Below, one piece after another: positions 38,379 to 47,588 of a stretch of DNA of 51,128 bases. Position 1 is the first letter of the stretch, and the number at the start of each line of letters is the position of its first letter. The position numbers were made by a program, and so were the translations under genes. The stretch is from Thermoplasmatota archaeon (GTDB lineage: Archaea; Thermoplasmatota; E2; UBA202; JdFR-43): the NCBI GenBank assembly GCA_038818725.1, contig JAWAYL010000005.1:1-51128 (forward strand). Direction: 5' to 3'. The notes under the pieces are model-generated. The model saw only the letters and a program-made list of their open reading frames with translations. It did no database searches and had not been told where the DNA came from.

Positions 38379-39884
38379 ATGAAAAAAACAATAATAATTG
38401 CGACGACAATTGCTTTTTCCCTATTTTTATCTTCAATAGCTTTTAAAGGAGAAAAAATAAATGACGAATGGAATAAAGAATTTGAAGGATTAGGAATTTC
38501 TATTTTTAATGATATTAAGCCAACAAGTGATGGGTATATAATTGCGGGAGAGACAGCGGTTCCTGGTATAGTTGAGTATCAAGGATGGCTTGTTAAAATA
38601 GATAAAGATGGAAATGAAATATGGGAAAAATACTATGGAAGCGGTTTCTTATCAACTGTTTTAGAAATAGAAGACGGGTATATTGCGATAGGAAAAACAT
38701 CTTTTGATGGATGGCTTTTGAAAGTAGATAAGGAAGGAAATGAAATATGGAATAAAAGTTTTGGATGGAAAAAAGATGATTATTTCAATAACGGTATAAA
38801 GACTAAGGATGGAGGATATTTAATGGTAGGGGTAACTCATTGCATTGAAAATATTACTTTTCCTTACGGTGACGTATTAGTTCTAAAAACAGATAAAGAA
38901 GGAAATTTGGAATGGTATAATCATTTTGATGGAAATAACGACGGAGATATAGGATATGATGTTATAGAAATAGATGATGGATATTTAATTTCAGGTTCAA
39001 CTGTTATTTCTATTAGTGAAAGATGGGATGCTTGGCTAATTAAAATAGATAAAAAAGGAAATGAGATATGGAATAAAACATATGGATGGAGTGGTGGAAG
39101 ATATTTAGTTCTTCATTCTTATATTAAAGAAATTGAAGACGGAGATATAATAATAGCTGGAGATGTTTGTGTTCCTCCTGCGGATACAAATCGAGCATAT
39201 TTAATTAAATTAGATAAAGAAGGAAATGAAATATGGAAAAAAATTTATGGAGAAGGAACATATGAAATGCGCGCGGGACAATGGATAGAAGGGTTTGAAA
39301 TTACTAAAGATGGTTTTATATTATATGGGTTTACATTTGATTATAGCATTGGAAATTGGGATGGATGGCTTTTAAAAGTAGATAAGGAAGGAAATGAGTT
39401 ATGGAATAAAAGCTTTGGAAGGAGATGGGAAGAAAAAATAGAAGGAGTAGTTGTTTTAGAAGATGGCTATATATGTGTTGGAAAAACAGAGCATAAATGG
39501 GGCTATGGCTTAGGATGGATTTTGAAATGCAATGATTTACCTCCTCCAAAAATGAAAATTATAAAGCCAAAAGAAAATTGTCTTTATATTTTTGATAGAG
39601 AAATAGTTCCATATGATAGAACTTTAATTATTGGAGCAATAACAATAACTGTTGAAGTAGATAAGCCAGAAAAAATAAATAGAGTAGAATTTTATCTTGA
39701 TCACTACAATCAATTTGATAATATACCAGAAAAAATAGATTATTCTCCTCCATATGAATGGAAATGTCGTGCTATAGGATTTGGATTGCTTCCTTGCCAT
39801 TTGGCTGTTGGTGTTTATTATGGCAACTCTGGAGCAGTTGCTGCTGGTAGGATGGTTATATATATAATAAACTTAGTCCCATGA
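38379..39884 (+). CDS. Secreted beta-propeller repeat protein with C-terminal Ig module
   Basis: Signal peptide; about 7 repeats of DGYI..G...WL.K.DK.GNE.W.K.(Y/F)G; C-terminal LYIFDR/VEFY/PYEW module. Confidence 0.8.
   Translation: MKKTIIIATTIAFSLFLSSIAFKGEKINDEWNKEFEGLGISIFNDIKPTSDGYIIAGETAVPGIVEYQGWLVKIDKDGNEIWEKYYGSGFLSTVLEIEDGYIAIGKTSFDGWLLKVDKEGNEIWNKSFGWKKDDYFNNGIKTKDGGYLMVGVTHCIENITFPYGDVLVLKTDKEGNLEWYNHFDGNNDGDIGYDVIEIDDGYLISGSTVISISERWDAWLIKIDKKGNEIWNKTYGWSGGRYLVLHSYIKEIEDGDIIIAGDVCVPPADTNRAYLIKLDKEGNEIWKKIYGEGTYEMRAGQWIEGFEITKDGFILYGFTFDYSIGNWDGWLLKVDKEGNELWNKSFGRRWEEKIEGVVVLEDGYICVGKTEHKWGYGLGWILKCNDLPPPKMKIIKPKENCLYIFDREIVPYDRTLIIGAITITVEVDKPEKINRVEFYLDHYNQFDNIPEKIDYSPPYEWKCRAIGFGLLPCHLAVGVYYGNSGAVAAGRMVIYIINLVP
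38706..39419 (+). repeat. Intragenic 60-bp direct repeat (propeller blades)
   Basis: 38706-38765 versus 39360-39419, 56/60 identical. Confidence 0.85.
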
Positions 39885-40192
39885 CTTTGAAAGAACAACT
39901 TGAATACACGTCTACCAAAAATATAACTTCCTGTTCCCCAAAGAGTATGATCAGGACCTTCTATAAAAAGCTTCTTCTCCTGTAAGATATGGACCAACTT
40001 CTGCTTCAACAGCAAGCTCCTTGCACTCTAAAGGAGTAGTAAAAGTATCTTCTAGTAATGGTGTATTGGGATCAATTAAACCACCCCAAAAATGGTTTGA
40101 ATACGAAATTTTTTCTCATAAAGATTATCCGAGTGATTATTTCCATCTACCTGAAATAAAATATGGTATTCCATCCATTCAAAAAATTTATT

Positions 40193-41221
40193 TTAACATA
40201 TTCTTGGGATTATTTCTCCAGTTGGCATTTCAAGTATTCTTTTGCCCCCTACTTTTGTATTCAAAATTACATATTTTCCATCAGTTACTTCTCCCACTAT
40301 TTCTGCTTTTCTCCCATATTTATGCTTCCTTATTGCTTCTAGAACATCTTCCGCCATTTCCTCCATTACTCCAATAATCATTTTCCCCTCGTTTCCAACA
40401 GCATATGGATCAATGCCAAGCATTTCGCAAGCGGCGAGAGTTGCCTCATTTATTGGTATTTTCTCCTCATCAATCTGAATGCGAACCTGAGATTTTTTTG
40501 CCATCTCATTTAATGCACTTGCTATTCCTCCTCTTGTAGCATCTTTTGCCGAAACAATTCCTCCTACTTTTAAAGCTTTTTCAACAAGCCCATATAAAGG
40601 AGCGACATCTGACTTAACTTTTCCTTCAAATCCATATCCCTCTCTTTTTGAAATAATGGCTATGCCATGATCTGCAATTGTTCCAGTCAAAATTATTTTA
40701 TCTCCTTTCCTCAGGCAGGAGTCAAGAAGCCACTTATTTCTTTTTGTTAGTTCAAAATTTTCTTCAAGCATACTTGTTGCCTTCCCAATTGCTGATGTCG
40801 TTATAATCATTTCTTTTATTCCTCCTCTTTCAACAACTTTTGTATCACCCGTAATTATCTCTACTTCTCCTTCAATTGCTGTATTTGATATGCTTTTAAG
40901 AATTTTTTTATATTTTTCTATCTCAAATCCCTCTTCTATCACCATTGCAAGAGCCATTGCAATTGGTTTTGCTCCTAAAGAAGCAATATCATTTATTGTG
41001 CCAGCAACTGCAAGCCTTCCTATATCTCCACCAGGAAAAAAAATTGGCTGAACAGTATGGCTATCTGTTGTAAAAACGACATCATCAAAAACACCAGAAT
41101 CGTCCATTTGTTGCAAAGATACTTCCGCTTTTCTATTTCTAAATTCCTTAATTATAAATTCCTCTATCAACTCAGCCATTTCCCGCCCGCCAGCGCCGTG
41201 AGAGAGCTCTATTCTATGCAT
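40193..41221 (-). CDS. hypE: Hydrogenase maturation carbamoyl dehydratase HypE
   Basis: [42 protein letters not shown]-terminal PRIC. Confidence 0.95.
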   Translation of the reverse strand: MHRIELSHGAGGREMAELIEEFIIKEFRNRKAEVSLQQMDDSGVFDDVVFTTDSHTVQPIFFPGGDIGRLAVAGTINDIASLGAKPIAMALAMVIEEGFEIEKYKKILKSISNTAIEGEVEIITGDTKVVERGGIKEMIITTSAIGKATSMLEENFELTKRNKWLLDSCLRKGDKIILTGTIADHGIAIISKREGYGFEGKVKSDVAPLYGLVEKALKVGGIVSAKDATRGGIASALNEMAKKSQVRIQIDEEKIPINEATLAACEMLGIDPYAVGNEGKMIIGVMEEMAEDVLEAIRKHKYGRKAEIVGEVTDGKYVILNTKVGGKRILEMPTGEIIPRIC

Positions 41222-42152
41222 CCCTTATTCCTTCCTCTAAAACTGCAAATACAACCTCTCCTTCTGGAAGATGAGGTGAGTCAATTAAGCGCGCTATTCT
41301 TTTCCCACCCTTTGATTTCCTCAAATAAAGTCTGAACATTGCGGTGTGCCCAACTATATGCCCTCCTATTGGCTGGGTTGGATCGCCAAAGAATACATCA
41401 GGACGAGCAGCAACTTGGTTTGTTACACATATCACCGCGTTGTTTATTCTCGCAAATTTCAGCAAGGTATGCATGTGCTTATTTAATTTTTGTTGCCTTT
41501 CCGCTAAGGAACTTCTTCCAATGTATTCCGCTCTAAAATGTCCAGTTAGGGAGTCAACAACTAAAAGCCTTACATTATGCTCCTTTGCTATTTCATTAGC
41601 CTTCTCAACAAGCATCATCTGATGATTTGAATTGAAAGCGGTTGCAACATGTATTCTCTTCAAAGCTTCTCTTCCATCCATTCCATAACCATTTGCCATT
41701 TGAATTATTCTTTCTGGACGGAATGTATTCTCTGTATCAATGAAAATTGCTTCTCCTTCCAAGCCACCTTCCTCTTCCTTCAGTTGAACATTCACACATA
41801 GCTGATGAGCAATCTGTGTTTTGCCTGAGCCAAATTCTCCGAAAAGTTCTGTTATTGCTTGTGTTTCAAAACCCCCTCCCAATAGCTCATCCAAGCTTTT
41901 TGAACCAGTTGTAAGATGCTTCCTTTCTTTTAATCTTTCAAGCAACGCATCACCTGTTTCAAATCCTCCAACATCTGCTTTTTCTCTTGCTGCCTGTATT
42001 ATTTTCAGCGCAGTCCCTTCTCCAATTTCAGCAATTTCAGCAAGTTCTGCAGGGGATGCGACAGCAATAGCCATCAAATCAGTATAACCTGCTTCCTCCA
42101 GTTTTTTTGCAGTTGCAGGTCCAACACCAGGTAAATCTTCAAGATCGATCAT
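41214..42152 (-). CDS. radA: DNA repair and recombination protein RadA
   Basis: [48 protein letters not shown]. Confidence 0.97.
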   Translation of the reverse strand: MIDLEDLPGVGPATAKKLEEAGYTDLMAIAVASPAELAEIAEIGEGTALKIIQAAREKADVGGFETGDALLERLKERKHLTTGSKSLDELLGGGFETQAITELFGEFGSGKTQIAHQLCVNVQLKEEEGGLEGEAIFIDTENTFRPERIIQMANGYGMDGREALKRIHVATAFNSNHQMMLVEKANEIAKEHNVRLLVVDSLTGHFRAEYIGRSSLAERQQKLNKHMHTLLKFARINNAVICVTNQVAARPDVFFGDPTQPIGGHIVGHTAMFRLYLRKSKGGKRIARLIDSPHLPEGEVVFAVLEEGIRDA

Positions 42153-42248
42153 ATTATCAATTTTCAATACATACTGGATTTATAAAAGTTATCTTGTTCT
42201 TGGATTTCAAAAATAACAAAAATTAAAAAAATAATATGATATACTATT

Positions 42249-43517
42249 ATGAATTTTAGAAAATTCATAGAAAAGCTGGAAACCCAGGACAAAATTTTAA
42301 AAATAAAAAAAGAAGTTAGCACTGAATATGAAATTTCTTCGCTAATGAGAATATTTGATGGAAAACCTATTTTATTTGAAAATGTAAGTGGATATGATAT
42401 GAAGGTTGCGGGAAATATATTTAGCACTAGAAAATTGCTTGCTGAATCTCTTGAAATAAATGAAAAAGAATTATTGAAAAAAATAATTTTTGCAATAGAA
42501 AATCCTAAAAAGCCTGAGATTAAAAAAGCGAAAGGATATAAAAATATAAAAAGTTTAGATGAATTGCCTATATTGAAGCACTATCCTCAGGATGGTGGAA
42601 AATATATATCATCTGGAGTTATTATTGCTTTTGATAAAGAATATGGATTTAATGCTTCATATCATCGAATGATGGTTATTGACAGCAACAAAGTTGTGAT
42701 GAGAATTCTGCCAAGAGATTTCAATTTATATATTGAAAGAGGACTAAAAGAATTTGCAATTTGTATTGGAAATCCTGCATCTGTTGCAATTTCTTCAGCA
42801 ATTTCAATGGCTCCAGAAGTAGACGAGCTTGCAATAGCAAATTCATTGTATAAAATTAATTTAATTGAAATAGACCATCACATTGTTCCTGAGGCAGAAA
42901 TAATTATGATTGCTGAGTTAACTGGTGAAATGCACGATGAAGGTCCATTTCTCGATTTAACAGAAACATTTGATATTGTTAGAAAGGAAAGGGTTGCAAG
43001 GATAAAGAAAATATACGCAAAAGATAATGCAATCTATCACGCCCTGCTTCCAGGCGGGCTGGAGCATAAAGTATTGATGGGCTTGCCAAAAGAGCCGACT
43101 ATATTTAAAGAAGTATCGAAAGTTTGTGATGTTGTTGATGTATATATTACTCCTGGAGGATGTTCTTGGCTTCATGGTGTGGTGAGCATAAGGAAAAAAA
43201 GCGAGGAAGATGGAAAAAAGGCAATTGAAGCGGCATTTAGAGGACATAAATCAATGAAGCATGTTTTTATTGTTGATGAAGATATTGATATTCATGATTG
43301 GAACCAAGTGGAGTGGGCAATGGCAACTCGTTTTCAGGGGAATAAGGATATGATAATAAAATATGAGAAAGGATCTTCACTTGATCCGTCCGCAAATCCA
43401 GTTACAAGAGAAACAACTAAAATTGGCTTTGATTTAACAATTCCTTTTGATAAAAACAGAGAAGATTTTAAAAAACCGGATTTACCAATGAAAATAAATC
43501 CAGATGACTACCTATAG
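42249..43517 (+). CDS. UbiD-family prFMN decarboxylase (possibly anhydromevalonate phosphate decarboxylase)
   Basis: DGG.YI, N.SYHR, EGPF.D.T, PGG.EH, GGC.WLH, VD.DID, GSSLDPS. Confidence 0.88.
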   Translation: MNFRKFIEKLETQDKILKIKKEVSTEYEISSLMRIFDGKPILFENVSGYDMKVAGNIFSTRKLLAESLEINEKELLKKIIFAIENPKKPEIKKAKGYKNIKSLDELPILKHYPQDGGKYISSGVIIAFDKEYGFNASYHRMMVIDSNKVVMRILPRDFNLYIERGLKEFAICIGNPASVAISSAISMAPEVDELAIANSLYKINLIEIDHHIVPEAEIIMIAELTGEMHDEGPFLDLTETFDIVRKERVARIKKIYAKDNAIYHALLPGGLEHKVLMGLPKEPTIFKEVSKVCDVVDVYITPGGCSWLHGVVSIRKKSEEDGKKAIEAAFRGHKSMKHVFIVDEDIDIHDWNQVEWAMATRFQGNKDMIIKYEKGSSLDPSANPVTRETTKIGFDLTIPFDKNREDFKKPDLPMKINPDDYL

Positions 43518-44094
43518 ACATTTTTATCTTAAATCAAATGCATTAACAAAAGCAAATATAAATTTAAAAGATTTACCATCTGCTGGAAGAATTGATATAG
43601 TTGCAAGATGTGTGAATTCTGCCTTCTGGCTATCAAATAGTATAAGGAGAAATGTTTTTTTCCATACAATTCTTCATGGAGAACCAAATCCTCCTATTTA
43701 TATAAGATTTGAAGGAGGAAAATTGAGGAAAGTGAGTCCAGATGAAAGAAGCATATCAATTTTCATATTAAAGGCAATAGAGAAAGCAGGAGATGAGGAA
43801 AAAGAAAGCACTCCTGGCATATTTGTTTGTAAAAAGAATTTCAATAAATTTGTTGAAGAGAATAGAGATAAGGAATATTATTTGATGGATGAAAAAGGAG
43901 AGGATATTGAGAAAATTGATATAGGAGAAAATCCGTTGTTTTTCTTGGGAGATAATAGAGGGCTAAATGAAGAAGAAAAAAAGATTCTTCATAAATATGG
44001 AGCAATAGATGTTTCAATTGGGAAAAAATCTTATTTAAGTAGCCATTGTATTACAGTAATAAATTGGTTGCTAGATAAAATTGAGGAGAAATAA
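43504..44094 (+). CDS. trmY: tRNA (pseudouridine54-N1)-methyltransferase
   Basis: DLP..GR.D...RC..SAF.LS...R, PDERS, STPGI, F.LGD..G SPOUT knot. Confidence 0.9.
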   Translation: MTTYRHFYLKSNALTKANINLKDLPSAGRIDIVARCVNSAFWLSNSIRRNVFFHTILHGEPNPPIYIRFEGGKLRKVSPDERSISIFILKAIEKAGDEEKESTPGIFVCKKNFNKFVEENRDKEYYLMDEKGEDIEKIDIGENPLFFLGDNRGLNEEEKKILHKYGAIDVSIGKKSYLSSHCITVINWLLDKIEEK

Positions 44095-44120
44095 ATTTAT
44101 AACTAATTTTAATACAAAAT

Positions 44121-45191
44121 ATGGAAGAAATTTCATTCGATGATTTAAAAAAGGATGTTATTGATAAAGGATTATGTGCTCTATGCGGGGGTTGCACATC
44201 TTTTTGCAGGGCCAATAGACTCGTCGCTATCGGCATGAAAGATGGATTGCCTGACTATATAAATCAAGAGAATTGTATGAAGTGTGGAATATGTTATATG
44301 ATATGTCCATTCACAGAAGAACTTGATGAAGAAATCAGGAGAAAATATGGCGAGGGTATAGGAAAGATAATAAACATTTATTCATCCCGCTCTACAGATG
44401 AAAATATTTTAAAAAAATGCTGTGATGGGGGCGTAGCTACTTCTTTGCTTAACTATTTGCTGGATGCTGGGATTGTAGATGCAGTTTTAGCTGTTAAAAA
44501 AATGAAAGGAGGGAGAAGCATCCCATTCCTTGCATCATCATATAATGATTTATTGAGTTGTGCTGGTTCTGTAATTGCAACAGTTCCAAGTTTAGAAGAA
44601 GTTAAATATTTTAGCACATATACTTCTCTTTTGCCTGAGCTGAAAGAAGTTGGTTATGGAGGGATTGAAAAAATAGCAATAACAGGCACACCTTGCCAGA
44701 TAAAAAGCATAAGGAAGATGCAATCTGTAAATATTTTACCATCAGGAATGGTAAATTTCATAGTTGGTCTTTTCTGCATAGAAAATTTTTCATTCGATGC
44801 TGTTTCATTAAGAAAATTTGAAAGTATTGTGGGAAGGATAAATGATATTGAAAAGATAAATATAAAAGAAAAGATGATTGTTGAATTTAAAGACGGAAGG
44901 ATAAAAGAAATATCTTTAAAGGCATTAAAGGAAGTTGCAAGAAAATCTTGCCTTAAATGCTTATTACCTTTTTCAAATATATATGGAGATATTTCTTTAG
45001 GAGGAATTGGCTCTGAAAAAGGATATACAACTGTTGTTATAAGAAATGATTATGGGAAAAAAATTTTTGATGAAGCAGTTGATGAAGGTTATATAGAAAT
45101 CTACCCAGAATGGGATAAAAAACATGAAGAAAAAATAAAAAAAATTATTGAGGAATGGACAATTAGAAAAGAAAAAAAGGATTTTCCATGA
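44121..45191 (+). CDS. FrhB/FdhB-family (F420-dependent beta subunit-like) flavo-FeS protein
   Basis: N-terminal 2x[4Fe-4S]; DGG..T.LL, G.PCQ, GLFC.ENF, C..C, DIS.G.IG..G.T.V.IR. Confidence 0.85.
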   Translation: MEEISFDDLKKDVIDKGLCALCGGCTSFCRANRLVAIGMKDGLPDYINQENCMKCGICYMICPFTEELDEEIRRKYGEGIGKIINIYSSRSTDENILKKCCDGGVATSLLNYLLDAGIVDAVLAVKKMKGGRSIPFLASSYNDLLSCAGSVIATVPSLEEVKYFSTYTSLLPELKEVGYGGIEKIAITGTPCQIKSIRKMQSVNILPSGMVNFIVGLFCIENFSFDAVSLRKFESIVGRINDIEKINIKEKMIVEFKDGRIKEISLKALKEVARKSCLKCLLPFSNIYGDISLGGIGSEKGYTTVVIRNDYGKKIFDEAVDEGYIEIYPEWDKKHEEKIKKIIEEWTIRKEKKDFP

Positions 45192-45832
45192 ATATCCAAA
45201 CTCTTCTTTTTCCATTAGGATTGCTTCCATCTATAGCTATCCTGTATATATTAGTAAGAAATTATGAAGGAAAATTTATGGAAAAAAATATATTTATTCT
45301 ATTTGTAGCTGGTTTTATTTTTGGCATATTTTTATATTTAATTGAAAAATTTACTTTTTTTGAAAAATCGCTTAATCTTTTAATTTATTCTTTTCTATTT
45401 TCTCTTGTTGAACAGCTTTCGAAATTTGCCATCCTCAATCTTAAGAGATTTTATGATAAAGCATTAACAATTTATGGCGCCAGCTTTGGGCTTGGTTTTT
45501 CCTCCATTTTTGCTGCTTTTTTTGTTATTGAAATTGTGGTAGGAATTGAAACAATTTTTTTCATAATTCTTGTAATATCTGTTATCCTATATCATTGCAA
45601 CGGTGGCATAATGATAGCTCTTGGAATAAGCAGAAAGGAGAAATTAAAATATTTTATAATTTCGTTTTTGATGGGCGTGATTATATGGGCTATTGTGATT
45701 TTGTTCTCCAATTATACTCTTTTTTCAATATTATCATTTGCTTTATCAATTTCTATCTTTATTTTGCTTTATAAAAAATATCTTCCATTTGAAATGCTTA
45801 CAAGAAGAGAAATTTTATCTAAAAAATCTTAA
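45188..45832 (+). CDS. Multi-pass membrane protein, PrsW-like with degenerate motifs
   Basis: EQ..KF, YG...GLGF, H motif; about 7 TM. Confidence 0.5.
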   Translation: MNIQTLLFPLGLLPSIAILYILVRNYEGKFMEKNIFILFVAGFIFGIFLYLIEKFTFFEKSLNLLIYSFLFSLVEQLSKFAILNLKRFYDKALTIYGASFGLGFSSIFAAFFVIEIVVGIETIFFIILVISVILYHCNGGIMIALGISRKEKLKYFIISFLMGVIIWAIVILFSNYTLFSILSFALSISIFILLYKKYLPFEMLTRREILSKKS

Positions 45833-46273
45833 CCTATATGAGAAATATTTCCAGCTTCTTGATTCTGAAAAAGTATAGTAAATCAATGAACTTATACCTA
45901 TTAATAGAGATATTGAGCCATATATAAATACGCTCGCCATCCCTGCGCCAGCCAGCTCGTCCATACTATTAATATACTGAATTTTTTTAACAAAAAATGC
46001 CCAATAAATAGATACAATAAGTGCAGAGATTGAAAGAATGGAAAGCATATACCATATTATCCCTTTTTTCTTATTTCTTTCATAATAAATGGTTATAGCA
46101 GTAATCATGAGCCACCATCCTATGCCTATTATTATAATTGTTTTTATTGGAAAAAATATTCCTAAATTTGGATAATCAAAAAGAAGGAGTAGATAATTTA
46201 TTATATTCAGAAATATAAAAATTGCAACCGATATCATCGATGAAAATATCGCCCACTCTTCCCATCTTTCCAT
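45815..46273 (-). CDS. Hypothetical 4-TM membrane protein
   Basis: 152-aa ORF with four hydrophobic segments. Confidence 0.7.
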   Translation of the reverse strand: MERWEEWAIFSSMISVAIFIFLNIINYLLLLFDYPNLGIFFPIKTIIIIGIGWWLMITAITIYYERNKKKGIIWYMLSILSISALIVSIYWAFFVKKIQYINSMDELAGAGMASVFIYGSISLLIGISSLIYYTFSESRSWKYFSYRLRFFR

Positions 46274-46353
46274 AAATTGCTATAAGGATGAATTTATAAT
46301 GTTTTTCAAAATTAATTTAAAAAAGATTTATAAAGAATAAATTTATTAAATTC

Positions 46354-46860
46354 ATGAGAAAAATAACATCAATTTTAATACTATCCCTCTTTATCTTGCC
46401 AACATGCTTTGCTAAGAATAGCGTTGATATTGAAATTTTCAATGTGTTCAATGAAAAAGTTAAGGAAATGAAAGTTTCTTATGAAGATGCAGAGAGAATT
46501 GAGAAAGGAGATTTAACTCCATTGAAAATAAAGAAAGATTTTGGTTTTTCAAATTATATAATAAGTGTTGGAGGAGGCAAGGTATTTATACCATTTTCCA
46601 AGGAAAGAAGTTTTTTTAGGTTGCTTTTAAGACCAATTTTATTCCATTATTCTAAAGGATTTACAATTACAAAATTTGGAGCAAACTATTTATGGAAGGG
46701 GAAATGCATTGATGATTATGGTTTAATGCTTGGAAATCAATTTGGATTTATGCTCGGCTTTTTTGGCTTGCATATAAAGATAGCATGGAAATTAAAAGAA
46801 GACACTCATTTATTTATTGGCTCATCTATTCTTTTTATAGGATATGATAAAATTGGCTAA
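46354..46860 (+). CDS. Hypothetical secreted protein
   Basis: Signal peptide; Gly/aromatic-rich beta C-terminus. Confidence 0.7.
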   Translation: MRKITSILILSLFILPTCFAKNSVDIEIFNVFNEKVKEMKVSYEDAERIEKGDLTPLKIKKDFGFSNYIISVGGGKVFIPFSKERSFFRLLLRPILFHYSKGFTITKFGANYLWKGKCIDDYGLMLGNQFGFMLGFFGLHIKIAWKLKEDTHLFIGSSILFIGYDKIG

Positions 46861-47588
46861 TCAATTGCTTTCCTTGCAAATGTCATAAAACCAGTATGTA
46901 AAATTCCACTTGGCTCAGGATGAGTATACCCTCCTATACTTTTCCATTTCCTTTGAATGTTTTCTATTGTTGAATAAATAAGGAAACCATTTTTTCTAAT
47001 TTCATTCAAGCAAGAAATTTGCCCTTCTATATGTGGGGAATAAACAACAAGCCATCCTCCTGGCTTAAGAGCTTTCTTTGCTTTTCCTACAATTTCATGA
47101 GAATTCTTCATATCAAGAGTAATTAAATCAAGATTTCTTTCCCTAAAATTTTTTATATCCTCATTTTTTATTTTAACTATTTTCTCCATTCCACAAAATT
47201 CAATATTTCTTTTAGCAATTTCATAAAATTCTTTCCTTTTCTCGTAAGTATATACCTTTCCTTTTTTTCCAACAATATTTCCAAGAAATATAGCAAGGAA
47301 ACCTGAGCCTGAGCCGCCGTCAACGCATCTCCATCCATATGAAATGCCTGTTATTGCAACAATTTGACAAGCATCTTTTGGAAGCACAACTTGCGAGCCG
47401 CGCCTGCATTTTGTGAGTAAATCAATTACATTTGGCTTAATTGCGATAAATTTAGCCATGGGGGTTTTAACAATATCTCCTTCTTTTATTTTTCTTGCAT
47501 CTATTTTTCCATATTTTGTATTTTTTATATTTCCTTTCTCAATTAACAAAGCATCCTCGCTATTGATCAGCAATATATATTCTCGCAT
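46857..47588 (-). CDS. trmI: tRNA (adenine57/58-N1)-methyltransferase TrmI/Gcd14 family
   Basis: R..Q...PKD, G.GSG, YE.R.EF...A..N, LD, Y.P...Q, HTGF..FARK. Confidence 0.88.
   Translation of the reverse strand: MREYILLINSEDALLIEKGNIKNTKYGKIDARKIKEGDIVKTPMAKFIAIKPNVIDLLTKCRRGSQVVLPKDACQIVAITGISYGWRCVDGGSGSGFLAIFLGNIVGKKGKVYTYEKRKEFYEIAKRNIEFCGMEKIVKIKNEDIKNFRERNLDLITLDMKNSHEIVGKAKKALKPGGWLVVYSPHIEGQISCLNEIRKNGFLIYSTIENIQRKWKSIGGYTHPEPSGILHTGFMTFARKAID

Noticed and set aside
38560-39540. Regular repeats as a possible CRISPR array
   Set aside because: They are in-frame, degenerate beta-propeller blades inside one ORF; no cas genes
40021-40377. 118-aa plus-strand ORF and the many other antisense ORFs in the track
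   Set aside because: They overlap well-supported genes on the other strand or frame and have no recognisable motifs
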